Origin: Promethearchaeota archaeon
Lineage (GTDB): Archaea; Asgardarchaeota; Lokiarchaeia; Sigyniarchaeales; SOKP01
Length of the DNA: 64,000 nucleotides
NCBI GenBank assembly: GCA_048937405.1
Contig: JBHLNF010000011.1
Coordinates: 5,972 to 69,971 of the forward strand
Direction: 5' to 3'
Part shown: piece by piece, positions 20,641-30,668 of the stretch
Layout of the letters: each line of letters starts with the position of its first letter
How positions within the stretch are numbered: the stretch's first letter is position 1
Translations under genes and position numbers: made by a program
The notes under the pieces: generated by a model
What the model was told of the DNA's origin: nothing
Databases searched by the model: none
What the model saw: only the letters and a program-made list of their open reading frames with translations

Positions 20641-20775
20641 AAAAAACTGAATCCCTGACATGGATAATCATCCTATAACTAAGATTTTTTTATAGGAATC
20701 ATTTTTCTCAAGCCATACCTTGTAGATTCCCATAATTTCTTGGTATAATTTCTAATTTGTATGATTTATTCTTTT
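20641..20775. repeat. imperfect direct repeat, copy 2
   Basis: Near-identical ~65-nt core to copy 1, with weaker similarity for another ~65 nt. Confidence 0.8.
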
Positions 20776-20843
20776 CATTCGAAATTGAATTATAACTACT
20801 ATTAATATAAAAAGCTATTGCTAAATATTTAGAAAAGTAGTTT

Positions 20844-20974
20844 TAGCCCAGCACGGAATTTCGATATACGATATATTCGTGAGTTTTTCGAACCGTGGTC
20901 CAGGGGTATCTCCAAGATCGTAGATGTTTGGACTTATCAGGGCCCCCGATGCTTGACCGCTACACCACTGGGCT
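20844..20974 (-). tRNA. tRNA-Gln(CUG) with two 29-nt introns (37/38: 20908-20936; 59/60: 20858-20886)
   Basis: AGCCCAG/CTGGGCT acceptor, GTGT/GCAT D-stem, GGGGG/CCCCT anticodon stem, CACGG/CCGTG T-stem; both insertions form bulge-helix-bulge-type junctions. Confidence 0.88.
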
Positions 20975-21134
20975 GATTTGATTATTATTAATCTGATAAC
21001 TCTAAAAAACTTTCTTAATCTGAATAAAAATAAGTCAATACAGAAAAATAACTTCTTTTTTATAAAAAATAATAATTTTTCATTTTTTTGTCAAATAGGA
21101 TAAATTTATTTACTAAGATCGATATTAATTTAAT

Positions 21135-21275
21135 TGGATTACACACACTTGATTTGGAGGACTTTAAAAAGATATCAGTTTAAAAAAAACTAGTTTTTAA
21201 AACCCCGTGTGACTGAAAAAAAACCCCATGTAAACTGAAAACACTTTTTTACAATAATCCTCCTAGTGTAATCCA
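21135..21275. ncRNA. putative structured RNA or miniature inverted-repeat element
   Basis: Nested inverted repeats TGGATTACAC/GTGTAATCCA, GGAGGA/TCCTCC, TCAGTTTA/TAAACTGA in an ORF-free gap. Confidence 0.5.
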
Positions 21276-21451
21276 CCCTTTATGATAAAATATCAATATG
21301 ATATTAGTATAATATAATCAAATTTGATTATAAAAGAATTTAAAAGCATTTATTTTAATAAGGATGTTGAGTCATCTAAAATTATAATATGAGATTAAAA
21401 TTACTATTATAGAGATAATATAGAATAATATACTCTCAAGAATCAATTTAG

Positions 21452-22651
21452 TTAAATTGATTTATTTTGATATCGGTTAAATATTTCATTAAAATATTTA
21501 TCAGACATTCCTGCAATATAATCTCTTGCTATTAAAGTTAGCTTTTTATCATTTTTAAGTGGTTTATAATAAGTAGCATAATTTTTATCGTCAATATATT
21601 CAATATGATCTTTAAAGATGGGGGCTTGATAATTTTCTTCCTCCAAATCTATTAATGATCTTTCAAAAATTAATAAGAACCTATCTTTTAGTTCATCTAA
21701 GTATGTTTTTGTAGATGATATCTCTTCTAAATCTCTTCTAACATATATATTCTCATAATTAAATGTTTTTAGTTCTTTTAAAGCTTGAAAAATTTCATCA
21801 CTATAACCAATAATATCATTATCTAAACTGAAATTCAACAGATCTGTTATAAGTGTATTAATTATTTTCGGATTAGTATCCCCTAATACCTCTATACAGT
21901 TTTTAGGAATTTCATTTCGGTTTATTAACTTTAATAAAATGGCATCCTCAATATCTCTCCCTATATATGAAATTGTATCTGCAAAACGTACAGAAATTCC
22001 TTCATATGTCATAGGTATTCTCTTAATTTTATTTTCATGAAAACAGTCATTATATTCTTTAAAATGATCCTCCCAAGATTTTCCATTTCTTTTAATGGGT
22101 TTTAATTTTTGTTCATTTACTTCACCGTCATGACATAAAATGCCATCAAGAACTTGTAGAGTCAAGTTAAGCCCTTTAGCGGGTCTATTAGGAAATCTTT
22201 TTTCTAAGCGTGAAAGCCATCTTATTCCCTGAGCATTATGACTAAATGCTCCCATATTATATTGATTACTGATTTCATTCAATATATCTTCTCCTAAATG
22301 TCCAAATGGAGAATGTCCTATATCATGTCCTAAAGCAATAGCTTCTATTAAATCAGTATTTAACCTTAATACACGACCTATTTGCCTACTGAGTCTTGAA
22401 ACCAAAGTAACATGTAGGGACCTATGTGTAATATTAGCATTATTAATATCAAAAAATACTTGAGACTTATCGATATATCTAGCAAATGCCTTGCTATGAA
22501 CTATTCTATCTACATCTCTAAAGAAAGCAGGTCTGATTTCTTCACTTTCTTCTTCATAGTATCTTGTAGCTTCAGAATCTAATATACCATGAATTCCAAC
22601 ATCATCTCTTTTCATGCGTGTCTGTAAAAGTTCAATTGTTCGTTTATCCAT
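21452..22651 (-). CDS. dgt: dGTP triphosphohydrolase-like HD-domain protein
   Basis: FFRDVDRIVHSKAF, THRSLH, ALGHDIGHSPFGH, RDYIAGMSD. Confidence 0.9.
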   Translation of the reverse strand: MDKRTIELLQTRMKRDDVGIHGILDSEATRYYEEESEEIRPAFFRDVDRIVHSKAFARYIDKSQVFFDINNANITHRSLHVTLVSRLSRQIGRVLRLNTDLIEAIALGHDIGHSPFGHLGEDILNEISNQYNMGAFSHNAQGIRWLSRLEKRFPNRPAKGLNLTLQVLDGILCHDGEVNEQKLKPIKRNGKSWEDHFKEYNDCFHENKIKRIPMTYEGISVRFADTISYIGRDIEDAILLKLINRNEIPKNCIEVLGDTNPKIINTLITDLLNFSLDNDIIGYSDEIFQALKELKTFNYENIYVRRDLEEISSTKTYLDELKDRFLLIFERSLIDLEEENYQAPIFKDHIEYIDDKNYATYYKPLKNDKKLTLIARDYIAGMSDKYFNEIFNRYQNKSI

Positions 22652-22813
22652 GGCTGTAAAAAACTGGTGATTTTGTATTTATCTTAAAGATATGCATAAT
22701 AAAAGATTGAATAAAATCTTAAGAAGATTATGCCATTTCACTATTAAAATTTATCGGATTTAAGTCGAAATTTAGATAAATATTCTTAATTTATTATATT
22801 CGATAATAATTTT

Positions 22814-23770
22814 TTAACCGAATTTAACATTTATTGCGTTATATGGACAAGCTTCTTTACATTTCAGACAATAGTTGCATTCACCTTTTCCTGTAAAAAA
22901 CTCAAAAGGCTCATCCAGAATTCTTATTTGTTTTGGGCATACTTTTTCACATTTACCACATTCTGTTCTTCCTATACATCTAACAGGGCTTCTTGATAAC
23001 TTAAGGAAAGAATACTCACTTATAACAGAAGATAATGCTGCAAAGGGACAAATATATCTACAATAAACTCTTGGATACCAAACAGATAAAACTATAAGAA
23101 TTAAATAAAAAATACTGATGAAGAAAACTATAAAATTTTTAAAAAGAGGTACTAAGCTGGCATTATTAAAGATATCTTTTGCTAAATTTGGAAAAAATAC
23201 AAAAATATATTCTGAAAGGGAAAAATAAGATAAAGGTTTTTCCCCTAAATCTCCTAAATTATTTCTGAAATCTAAATAAAAATTATAATTAACATCATAG
23301 GTAATAGCTAATGGAATTAGAAGAATTCCCAAAAAAATTATTATAAAATATTTAAGTTTTAATAAAGAATTATGAGTACTTATCTTTATAGGTCTTTTTT
23401 CTATTGGAATTGCAGCACACGCATCTTGAATGGTACCAATAGGGCATAACCACCCGCAAAAAAATCTATTTGTAAATAGTATAATTAATATAAAAACCCC
23501 TAACAAAAATGTTGGGAAGATTCCTTCAACCATAGAAAAGAAAATATATTCCATAATTCCTGCTCCGTTTGAAATTGGATTTCGAGGAGAATTCAAGACT
23601 GGTAGTATCTTAAAGATACTCTCCAAACCAACTAAATTAATATTAAAAATCAATTCTATAATTAAATAATTTATAAAGATAAAAGCGATAATTTGTATAA
23701 TATGTCTTGCAATAGTTATCAGATGATTCTTAATCTTATAATCTTTTAAAAAATTCAATGAATACCACAA
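22814..23770 (-). CDS. membrane 4Fe-4S protein (NapH/MauN-like)
   Basis: RFFCGWLCPIG, RVYCRYICP and two C-terminal ferredoxin Cys motifs. Confidence 0.88.
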   Translation of the reverse strand: MWYSLNFLKDYKIKNHLITIARHIIQIIAFIFINYLIIELIFNINLVGLESIFKILPVLNSPRNPISNGAGIMEYIFFSMVEGIFPTFLLGVFILIILFTNRFFCGWLCPIGTIQDACAAIPIEKRPIKISTHNSLLKLKYFIIIFLGILLIPLAITYDVNYNFYLDFRNNLGDLGEKPLSYFSLSEYIFVFFPNLAKDIFNNASLVPLFKNFIVFFISIFYLILIVLSVWYPRVYCRYICPFAALSSVISEYSFLKLSRSPVRCIGRTECGKCEKVCPKQIRILDEPFEFFTGKGECNYCLKCKEACPYNAINVKFG

Positions 23771-23844
23771 AATACATTTTAAAAAGAGTAATTAATGCTA
23801 TTTAAAAAAATTATTTTTTCTCTAAAAAACAAAAGAATGGATAG

Positions 23845-25755
23845 TTATTTCAAAAATACAGTCTCTAAATTCTTTGGAGATTTCGTACTCTTTCTGAGTT
23901 TCTTATGTATCATTGTTGAAAGACTTATACATTTACTTTCTTCTCCATGATTTACTATAATTGTTTTAGGGCGGGGTTGAATCCTTCTCAAAAACTGAGA
24001 TATTTGACTACGAGATGAATGGCCACTAAATCCTTCAAGAGTAAAAACTTTTAAATTCAATTTTACGAGTTGGGTTCGACCTTTCGCATCTACATATTGA
24101 AATTCACGAAAACCTCGCTGAATCCGGCTTCCGAGTGTTCCCGAAACTTGATAAGATACAAAAACCAATGAATTTTTTGCATCATTAGCTAACCCCTTTA
24201 AATATTGCACAGATGGACCTCCAATAAGCATCCCACTGGTAGCCATAATAATACATGGTCCGCCTTTTATAATATCTAATCTTTCTTCTTGTGCTGAAAC
24301 AGTTTCAAAGTAATCACTTAAAAAAGGATTCTTCCCTTGATGCAAGATTTTTTCTCTTAAATCACTACTAAGAAAATCAGGATTAGCAGTATGAATTGCG
24401 GTAGCTTCACTTATCAATCCATCAATAAATATTGGTACTTTATCAATAAAACCCTTTGAAATATATTCTTCTAAAACTATCAATAATTCTTGAGCTCTAC
24501 CAACAGCTAATACCGGAATTAACACCTTTCCTCCTCTTTTAAGAGTAGAATTTAAAATCTGTTTAAGTTCTCTCTCTGATTCCTGTCTGCTAGGAATACG
24601 ATCTTGAGGACCACCATAAGTGGCTTCAATTAAAAGACTTTCTACCCTTGGAAATTTGACAGTTGCCTTCTCTAATAATCGTGTTTTTTGAAATTTAAAA
24701 TCTCCAGTATAAACAAAATTATAGTCTCCTTTTCCAAAATGCAAATGTATCATTGATGATCCTAAAATATGACCAGAATTATGAAGTGTTAATTTAATGT
24801 CTGGTGCGATATCTGTTACTTTTCCCCAAGAAAGTGGGATTGTATGAAGAACTGTTGATTTTACATCTCTTTTTGAGTATGGTGATGGAACTCCTTCTTT
24901 TTCACAAACCTGAATGAAATCTAATTGATGCATTGTTGAAAGATTTCGTGTTGGTAATGTGGAATAAATTGGTCCACGATACCCATATTTATATAGAAAT
25001 GGAACAAGTCCACAATGATCCATATGGGCATGAGATATAATAACTGCATCTAGATCTCTTAATGAAAATTCAGGAACATCAAAGTAAGGAAATCTATCAT
25101 TAATATTCCCAACATTTAATCCACAATCTAGTAGTACATTACTATCCCTTGTTTGCATTAATATACAGGATCTACCCACTTCTCTAAAGCCACCTAATGC
25201 ACTCAACCTGATATTTAAATTTTTAAAGAGCGCTGGTCTATGAATTCTCTTACCAATTCTTAATAAAATATCCTTTTGAGTTTGACGTTCTTTTGAAAGC
25301 ATCCCTCTAATTAATTGAATTGTTCTAGATGTTAATGGGGGTGTTCTTATAGTTCTAGGTTGCCAATATGTATTAGTCCTAATTTCTTTTAAATTAACTC
25401 CTTTTTTTCCAATAACGAGTCCTGGTTTCCCAGACTCTATTATTACTTCTCCTCGGGTATGATCAAATTCGATATTGGAGATTTCAGCATCCTCATTTAC
25501 TAAATTCCTAATATAACTTTCTGTCTCAGCAGGATCCTTACGTTTATCAACATTCCACCGAAATACAACTCGTTTTCGCATAGTTTTTGCTAAATCTTTT
25601 AAAATAGTTGAACTTTCAATCGTATCTACATCTGAATTCTCAGAATATACAGCGATTTCGGGGCCCTCAAATTCTATCTTCTTAACAGTTATTTCTGAAG
25701 GAAGATTTTGGGTTATATCCTCTTTAATTCGTTTCAATTCACTTTCAAAACTCAT
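23845..25755 (-). CDS. fttA: beta-CASP ribonuclease aCPSF1 (transcription termination factor FttA)
   Basis: N-terminal KH domains (FEGPEIAVY, PGLVIGKKG), SHAHMDHCG, GHILGS, GFSGH. Confidence 0.96.
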   Translation of the reverse strand: MSFESELKRIKEDITQNLPSEITVKKIEFEGPEIAVYSENSDVDTIESSTILKDLAKTMRKRVVFRWNVDKRKDPAETESYIRNLVNEDAEISNIEFDHTRGEVIIESGKPGLVIGKKGVNLKEIRTNTYWQPRTIRTPPLTSRTIQLIRGMLSKERQTQKDILLRIGKRIHRPALFKNLNIRLSALGGFREVGRSCILMQTRDSNVLLDCGLNVGNINDRFPYFDVPEFSLRDLDAVIISHAHMDHCGLVPFLYKYGYRGPIYSTLPTRNLSTMHQLDFIQVCEKEGVPSPYSKRDVKSTVLHTIPLSWGKVTDIAPDIKLTLHNSGHILGSSMIHLHFGKGDYNFVYTGDFKFQKTRLLEKATVKFPRVESLLIEATYGGPQDRIPSRQESERELKQILNSTLKRGGKVLIPVLAVGRAQELLIVLEEYISKGFIDKVPIFIDGLISEATAIHTANPDFLSSDLREKILHQGKNPFLSDYFETVSAQEERLDIIKGGPCIIMATSGMLIGGPSVQYLKGLANDAKNSLVFVSYQVSGTLGSRIQRGFREFQYVDAKGRTQLVKLNLKVFTLEGFSGHSSRSQISQFLRRIQPRPKTIIVNHGEESKCISLSTMIHKKLRKSTKSPKNLETVFLK

Positions 25756-26174
25756 AAATCTTCATTTCGTGAGTTATTTTTTTTAATACTATTTTAATCA
25801 GTATTTCTAAATCGTAAGATTTCTATTTTTACTCCAAATTTTTGGTTTTTTGTTATGAATATAATAATATGTCTATGAATTCAAGAATAACACTTGAAAT
25901 TTTATTTATATGTAAATGTGGTTTGGTTATTTGTAAATACTTATTTTAAATAAATAGTTTAATATTCTCTTACATTGTAGTTTTTTTTGGAAGAGAATTA
26001 ATTTTAGAATGAAATATTACTAAATTTCTATGATAAATATGAATTTATCAAATAAAAACATTTTCATTATGTATTAACAATAAAATTCTCAAATAATCTT
26101 TTTCTATCTCTTTTACATTTTAAAATTATTCTTATTTAGTTATATTTTTTTGTGAGAATGTCTTAGATTGCATT

Positions 26175-26807
26175 ATGAGTTTATTAAAATTAGGCGCAAT
26201 TGCTTCTGGTTCAGGCTCAAATTTTGAATCAATAGTTAATGCATGTGAAAATGGGATTTTAAAAGATAAGGCAATAGTAGAAGTATTAATTTGTAATAAA
26301 GCGGGAGCTTTTTGTATGGAAAGAGCTAAAAATCATAATATTCCTTATTTTTTGATTGAATCGGATAATTATACAGGTACAAGAGAAGAATTTGACCAAA
26401 AAATGATAGAAATATTGGATAATTATAAATGTGAACTTATTGTACTAGTTGGTTATATGCGTTTTGTTAGTGAAATATTCATAAATCATTTTAAAGGAAA
26501 GATCATGAACATTCATCCCGCTCTTCTTCCGAGTTTTAAAGGTATGCACGCCCATGAAGATGCATTAGCCTATGGTGTTAAAATTTCGGGAGTTACTGTT
26601 CATTTCGTTGATATTCATGAAGATCATGGTCCAATAATAATTCAAAAATGCGTACCTGTCTATGATACAGATACGAAAGAAACTTTAGGAACGAGAATTT
26701 TAGAATGGGAACATAAAGCTTTTCCTAAAGCTATAGAACTTTTCTATGATGGAAAATTGCATGTTGATGGAAGAATTGTTAAAATAGATGGAGAAGTTAA
26801 ATTATAA
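26175..26807 (+). CDS. purN: phosphoribosylglycinamide formyltransferase
   Basis: SGSGSNFESI, MNIHPALLPSFKG, SGVTVHFV, DHGPII. Confidence 0.96.
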   Translation: MSLLKLGAIASGSGSNFESIVNACENGILKDKAIVEVLICNKAGAFCMERAKNHNIPYFLIESDNYTGTREEFDQKMIEILDNYKCELIVLVGYMRFVSEIFINHFKGKIMNIHPALLPSFKGMHAHEDALAYGVKISGVTVHFVDIHEDHGPIIIQKCVPVYDTDTKETLGTRILEWEHKAFPKAIELFYDGKLHVDGRIVKIDGEVKL

Positions 26808-27015
26808 CTTTTACTTTATTTACTTAGGGAAATGACTTTTTCTTTGACCTATCTGACCCAACTGAGATTGATTATTAAATTATCAATTAAATGAAGAAGA
26901 TCTTGAGTAGTGAGAAAATTCATTTCCCGCTAATTTCATTTCTTAGAAATCCTAAAATTTTAATCAGAGTAATTATAATCCTTAATAAAATTACAGATAA
27001 TTTATTAGTTGAATA

Positions 27016-29205
27016 ATGCCTCGTAGAAAGGAAATCGCAGAAATACTAAAGCTTATGGAAAAAACTAAAAATATCAGAAATTTTGGTTTAGTTGGACATA
27101 TAGATCATGGAAAAACAACACTTTCAGATTCTCTACTAAGCGAAGCGGGTTTTTTATCCTCAGATTTAGCAGGAGAGGCACGTGCTTTAGATTTTCTTGA
27201 GGAAGAACAAAGACGTGGTATTACTATGAAATCCGCGAACATTTCTTTATACTATGAAAAATCTCTAGAAGGTTATGATCCTTTTCTAATTAATTTAGTA
27301 GATACACCAGGTCATTTAGACTTCAGTGGAAAAGTAACCCGGGCACTTAGGTTGGTAGATGGAGTGGTAGTTGTAGTTGATGCTGTTGAAGAAGTAATAA
27401 CTCAATCTGAAACGGTAATAAAACAGGCTTTACAGGAGGGTGTCAAACCTGTACTGTTTATTAATAAAATCGATCGTCTAATTAGAGAATTAAGGCTTTC
27501 AGATGGAGAAATTAAAGAAAAATATATAAGAATTATAAAATCATTCAATACACTTATAGAAAGATTTGCCACACATCCTTTTAATAAAAAATGGAAAGTT
27601 TCCCCTCTTGCGGGTAATGTTGCGTTTGGTTCAGCACTTCATAAATGGGGTTTTACATTAAACATTTTGGAAAAAAGTAGTTTAAAATTCCGTGATATTA
27701 GAGAAAGATATAATAAAGAGACCTATACAAAAGAAACTTATGCAGATTTAGCTACCTATTTTCCAATTCATAAAGCTATATTGGAAATGGTTGTTGATCA
27801 TTTACCAAATCCTATAGAAGCTCAAAAATATAGAATTAAGAAAATATGGGACGGGGATATTAATTCTGAGTTAGGAAAAGCAATGGTTAATTGTGATCCT
27901 AATGGTCCCTTAATTGTATGTTTAAGTAAAGTTCAAGTTGATAAACATGGTTTAATATCCACAGGAAGGATATTTTCAGGTAGTTGTACAAATAAGAAGG
28001 AAATCTTTCTTTTAAATGAAAATACTTATGAGAGAATTCAACGTCTTGCCATTTTTATGGGACAAAGAAGGGAACACGCAGAGAAAATACCTGTTGGTAA
28101 TATTGTAGCAATAGAAGGTCTCAAGAAGATTAAAAGCGGAGAAACCATAATAGAAAGTGAAAAAATTGATAAAATGGTACCATTTGAAAGTGTAAAGTAT
28201 ATTACTACTCCAGTTGTAACTGTCTCAATTGAACCTGAGTATCTAAGAGATCTAGATAAAATGAAGGAGTTAATAGAAAATCTATTAATAGAAGATCCAA
28301 ATTTGAAATTCGATATAAATAAAGAAAATGGTGAATTTCTTTTATCTGGTGCGGGACCTCTCCACCTGGAGGTAACAGCAAATGAAATTGGAAAGAGAGG
28401 GATAAATGTTTCAATTTCTGAGCCTAGAGCCGTTTTTAAAGAATCCTGTCGAAAAAAGTCCCCTTTAATCTCAGTAACCTCACCTAATAGTACTAGCTTT
28501 CTTAAATTAAGAATTGAGCGGTTAGATGAGATAACTATAAAGTTTTTTCAAGATGTTGATTATAAGACAATAAAACCATTTACAAAACTAAAAGAGATCC
28601 TCAGAGAAAAAACTTCACTTAATGAAGAGGAAATTGAGAACTTTTGGATGTGTGATTATGATCAAAACATCTTAATATATAAGTGTGAATTTGAATTAAA
28701 GGAATTTTATAAAAATGCAATCCAAGAAATCATTGAAAAGATCCATTTAAATGGTCCTTTATGTGCTGAAAAAATAGCAGAAATTAAAATTACAATTGAA
28801 GGATTAAATATATCTGATATACCAGACGAAAATATTTTTACCGAATTATCAGTTATGTTTTATGACGCTATTAAAAAAGGATTAAATGAAGCAGAATTAA
28901 TTCTTCTTGAGCCAATATATCATACTATCATCCAACTTCCTCCAGATTATATTAAAAATACTATGTCATTACTTACTAAATATTCTGCTAAGATTAAGAT
29001 GGTAGATCAAGATAAAGATTATCAAGCAGTTATGGAAATTTTAATTCCTGTGAGGCATTCAATAAAGTTTGCTGAAGAAATTCGGTCAACAAGTTCAGGA
29101 AGAGCATTTTGGCAAAATGAATTTTATGCTTTTATGGAAGTTCCACCGCATGAATCTCAAAAATTAATTCAAGAAATTAAATTTTTCAAAGGAATATCTT
29201 GGTAG
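27016..29205 (+). CDS. elongation factor 2 paralog (aEF-2p type, no diphthamide HRG loop)
   Basis: GHIDHGKTT, RGIT, DTPGH, NKID GTPase motifs; domain IV after GPLCAE reads ISDIPDENIFTEL with no HRG. Confidence 0.88.
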   Translation: MPRRKEIAEILKLMEKTKNIRNFGLVGHIDHGKTTLSDSLLSEAGFLSSDLAGEARALDFLEEEQRRGITMKSANISLYYEKSLEGYDPFLINLVDTPGHLDFSGKVTRALRLVDGVVVVVDAVEEVITQSETVIKQALQEGVKPVLFINKIDRLIRELRLSDGEIKEKYIRIIKSFNTLIERFATHPFNKKWKVSPLAGNVAFGSALHKWGFTLNILEKSSLKFRDIRERYNKETYTKETYADLATYFPIHKAILEMVVDHLPNPIEAQKYRIKKIWDGDINSELGKAMVNCDPNGPLIVCLSKVQVDKHGLISTGRIFSGSCTNKKEIFLLNENTYERIQRLAIFMGQRREHAEKIPVGNIVAIEGLKKIKSGETIIESEKIDKMVPFESVKYITTPVVTVSIEPEYLRDLDKMKELIENLLIEDPNLKFDINKENGEFLLSGAGPLHLEVTANEIGKRGINVSISEPRAVFKESCRKKSPLISVTSPNSTSFLKLRIERLDEITIKFFQDVDYKTIKPFTKLKEILREKTSLNEEEIENFWMCDYDQNILIYKCEFELKEFYKNAIQEIIEKIHLNGPLCAEKIAEIKITIEGLNISDIPDENIFTELSVMFYDAIKKGLNEAELILLEPIYHTIIQLPPDYIKNTMSLLTKYSAKIKMVDQDKDYQAVMEILIPVRHSIKFAEEIRSTSSGRAFWQNEFYAFMEVPPHESQKLIQEIKFFKGISW

Positions 29206-29235
29206 AATGGATTTTTAATTTTAAGTAATTAAAGA

Positions 29236-30594
29236 TTAAGTTCCAATGAATTTAATAATTTTATCTTTGATTTCATAATTTGGTAGGATATAATCTGCAT
29301 AACCTTTTTCTGCAGCGAACTTAGGCATTGCATACAATATACACGTTTCTTCTGCCTCAGCAATTGTTTTTCCGCCTACTTTTTTAATTGCCCCTAAACC
29401 TTCTACTCCATCTGATCCCATCCCGGTTAGAATTACCCCCATAGCACGATTTCTATAAATTTTTGCTGCCGAAAAAAATAATACATCTATGGAAGGCATA
29501 CAAAAGTTAACTGGAGTTCCTTTATAAATTTTAATTGAAGGTGTTTTATTTTTTACAGAAATTTCCATATGCATATCACCTGGAGCAAGATACACATGTC
29601 CTGGTTGAAGAAATTCTCCATTTTTTGCTACTTTTATTTTAAGAACACATTCCATATCTAAATTATCTGCAAATGCATCAGTAAAATGAGAAGATAAATG
29701 CTGAACAATTAAGATTGGAGCATTAATACTTCTTGGAATTTCTTTTAATATTGTTGTGATAGTTCTAGGACCCCCAACACTAGCGCCTATAACAATAATA
29801 TTTGAAGATATAGTAGATCCTTTGATCGGTGCAAGATCGAGAGTCCTACCAATTTTTCTCTTTTTGATTGGTGTTGATATTGATTTTTTTTGTAAAGTAG
29901 ATTTAGCTATTTTCTTTTTTGCCTTTTTTTCTTCTGTTTCTGATTTGATAATTGGTGGTTTAGTAATTTCTTCTTCTGATACTTCTTCTACCATTTGGAT
30001 ATTTTTTTCATCCTTAAGGATTGCCTTGACTTTCATAACCTCAAAGGCATCATGTTCTGGTTTTTCTTCAATTTCTTCAATTGGAGTTAATCTATTAAGA
30101 TATTGTCCAAAATCGAATATACGATCAACCATTTCTTGTCGAAGAGATCTACTTTTTTTCAATATACTCTCTTCTTTCCTGAAAATACGTTTAATCTGGG
30201 ATTGTGATGCTAACAGTACCTTTGCAAGTAATTCCTCACGAAATCTTGGTAAATCTTTTGCCCCAATACCTCCAGGTTTTATAATATAATCAAATGCTCC
30301 CATCAAAAGTGCTTGAATGGAAGAATCTAGATTCTTTGGACTTATAGCTGAAAGGATAATTGTAGGCGTGGGATGTTCTTCCATAACTAACTTGAATGCA
30401 TCTAATCCGTTCATTTTAGGCATTACCAAATCTAAGACTAATACATCTGGGCTATGTTTTTTATTAAGTTCTACTGCTTCTTTTCCATCCTTTGCAAAGT
30501 CAACAATATTTATCGAATCATGTTCTTTAAGAATATCTGCAATACTCTTTCTTAAATATTGCGAATCATCCGCTATTAATACATCAATCGTCAA
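29236..30594 (-). CDS. cheB: chemotaxis methylesterase CheB (REC + long charged linker + esterase)
   Basis: ADDS...LDLVMP...KP receiver; GASVGGP, VQHL, LTGMGSDG catalytic motifs. Confidence 0.95.
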   Translation of the reverse strand: MTIDVLIADDSQYLRKSIADILKEHDSINIVDFAKDGKEAVELNKKHSPDVLVLDLVMPKMNGLDAFKLVMEEHPTPTIILSAISPKNLDSSIQALLMGAFDYIIKPGGIGAKDLPRFREELLAKVLLASQSQIKRIFRKEESILKKSRSLRQEMVDRIFDFGQYLNRLTPIEEIEEKPEHDAFEVMKVKAILKDEKNIQMVEEVSEEEITKPPIIKSETEEKKAKKKIAKSTLQKKSISTPIKKRKIGRTLDLAPIKGSTISSNIIVIGASVGGPRTITTILKEIPRSINAPILIVQHLSSHFTDAFADNLDMECVLKIKVAKNGEFLQPGHVYLAPGDMHMEISVKNKTPSIKIYKGTPVNFCMPSIDVLFFSAAKIYRNRAMGVILTGMGSDGVEGLGAIKKVGGKTIAEAEETCILYAMPKFAAEKGYADYILPNYEIKDKIIKFIGT

Positions 30595-30668
30595 ATAAAT
30601 TTCCTATTTGCTATTAATTAAATATTCTAATAATTAGTAAAGTAAGAAAATTTATATGTTACTAAAAG

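Noticed and set aside
20181-21275. Repeats near tRNA-Gln as a CRISPR array or hammerhead ribozyme
   Set aside because: Only two copies, no regular spacers, no cas genes; no CUGANGA/GAAA core in the right arrangement
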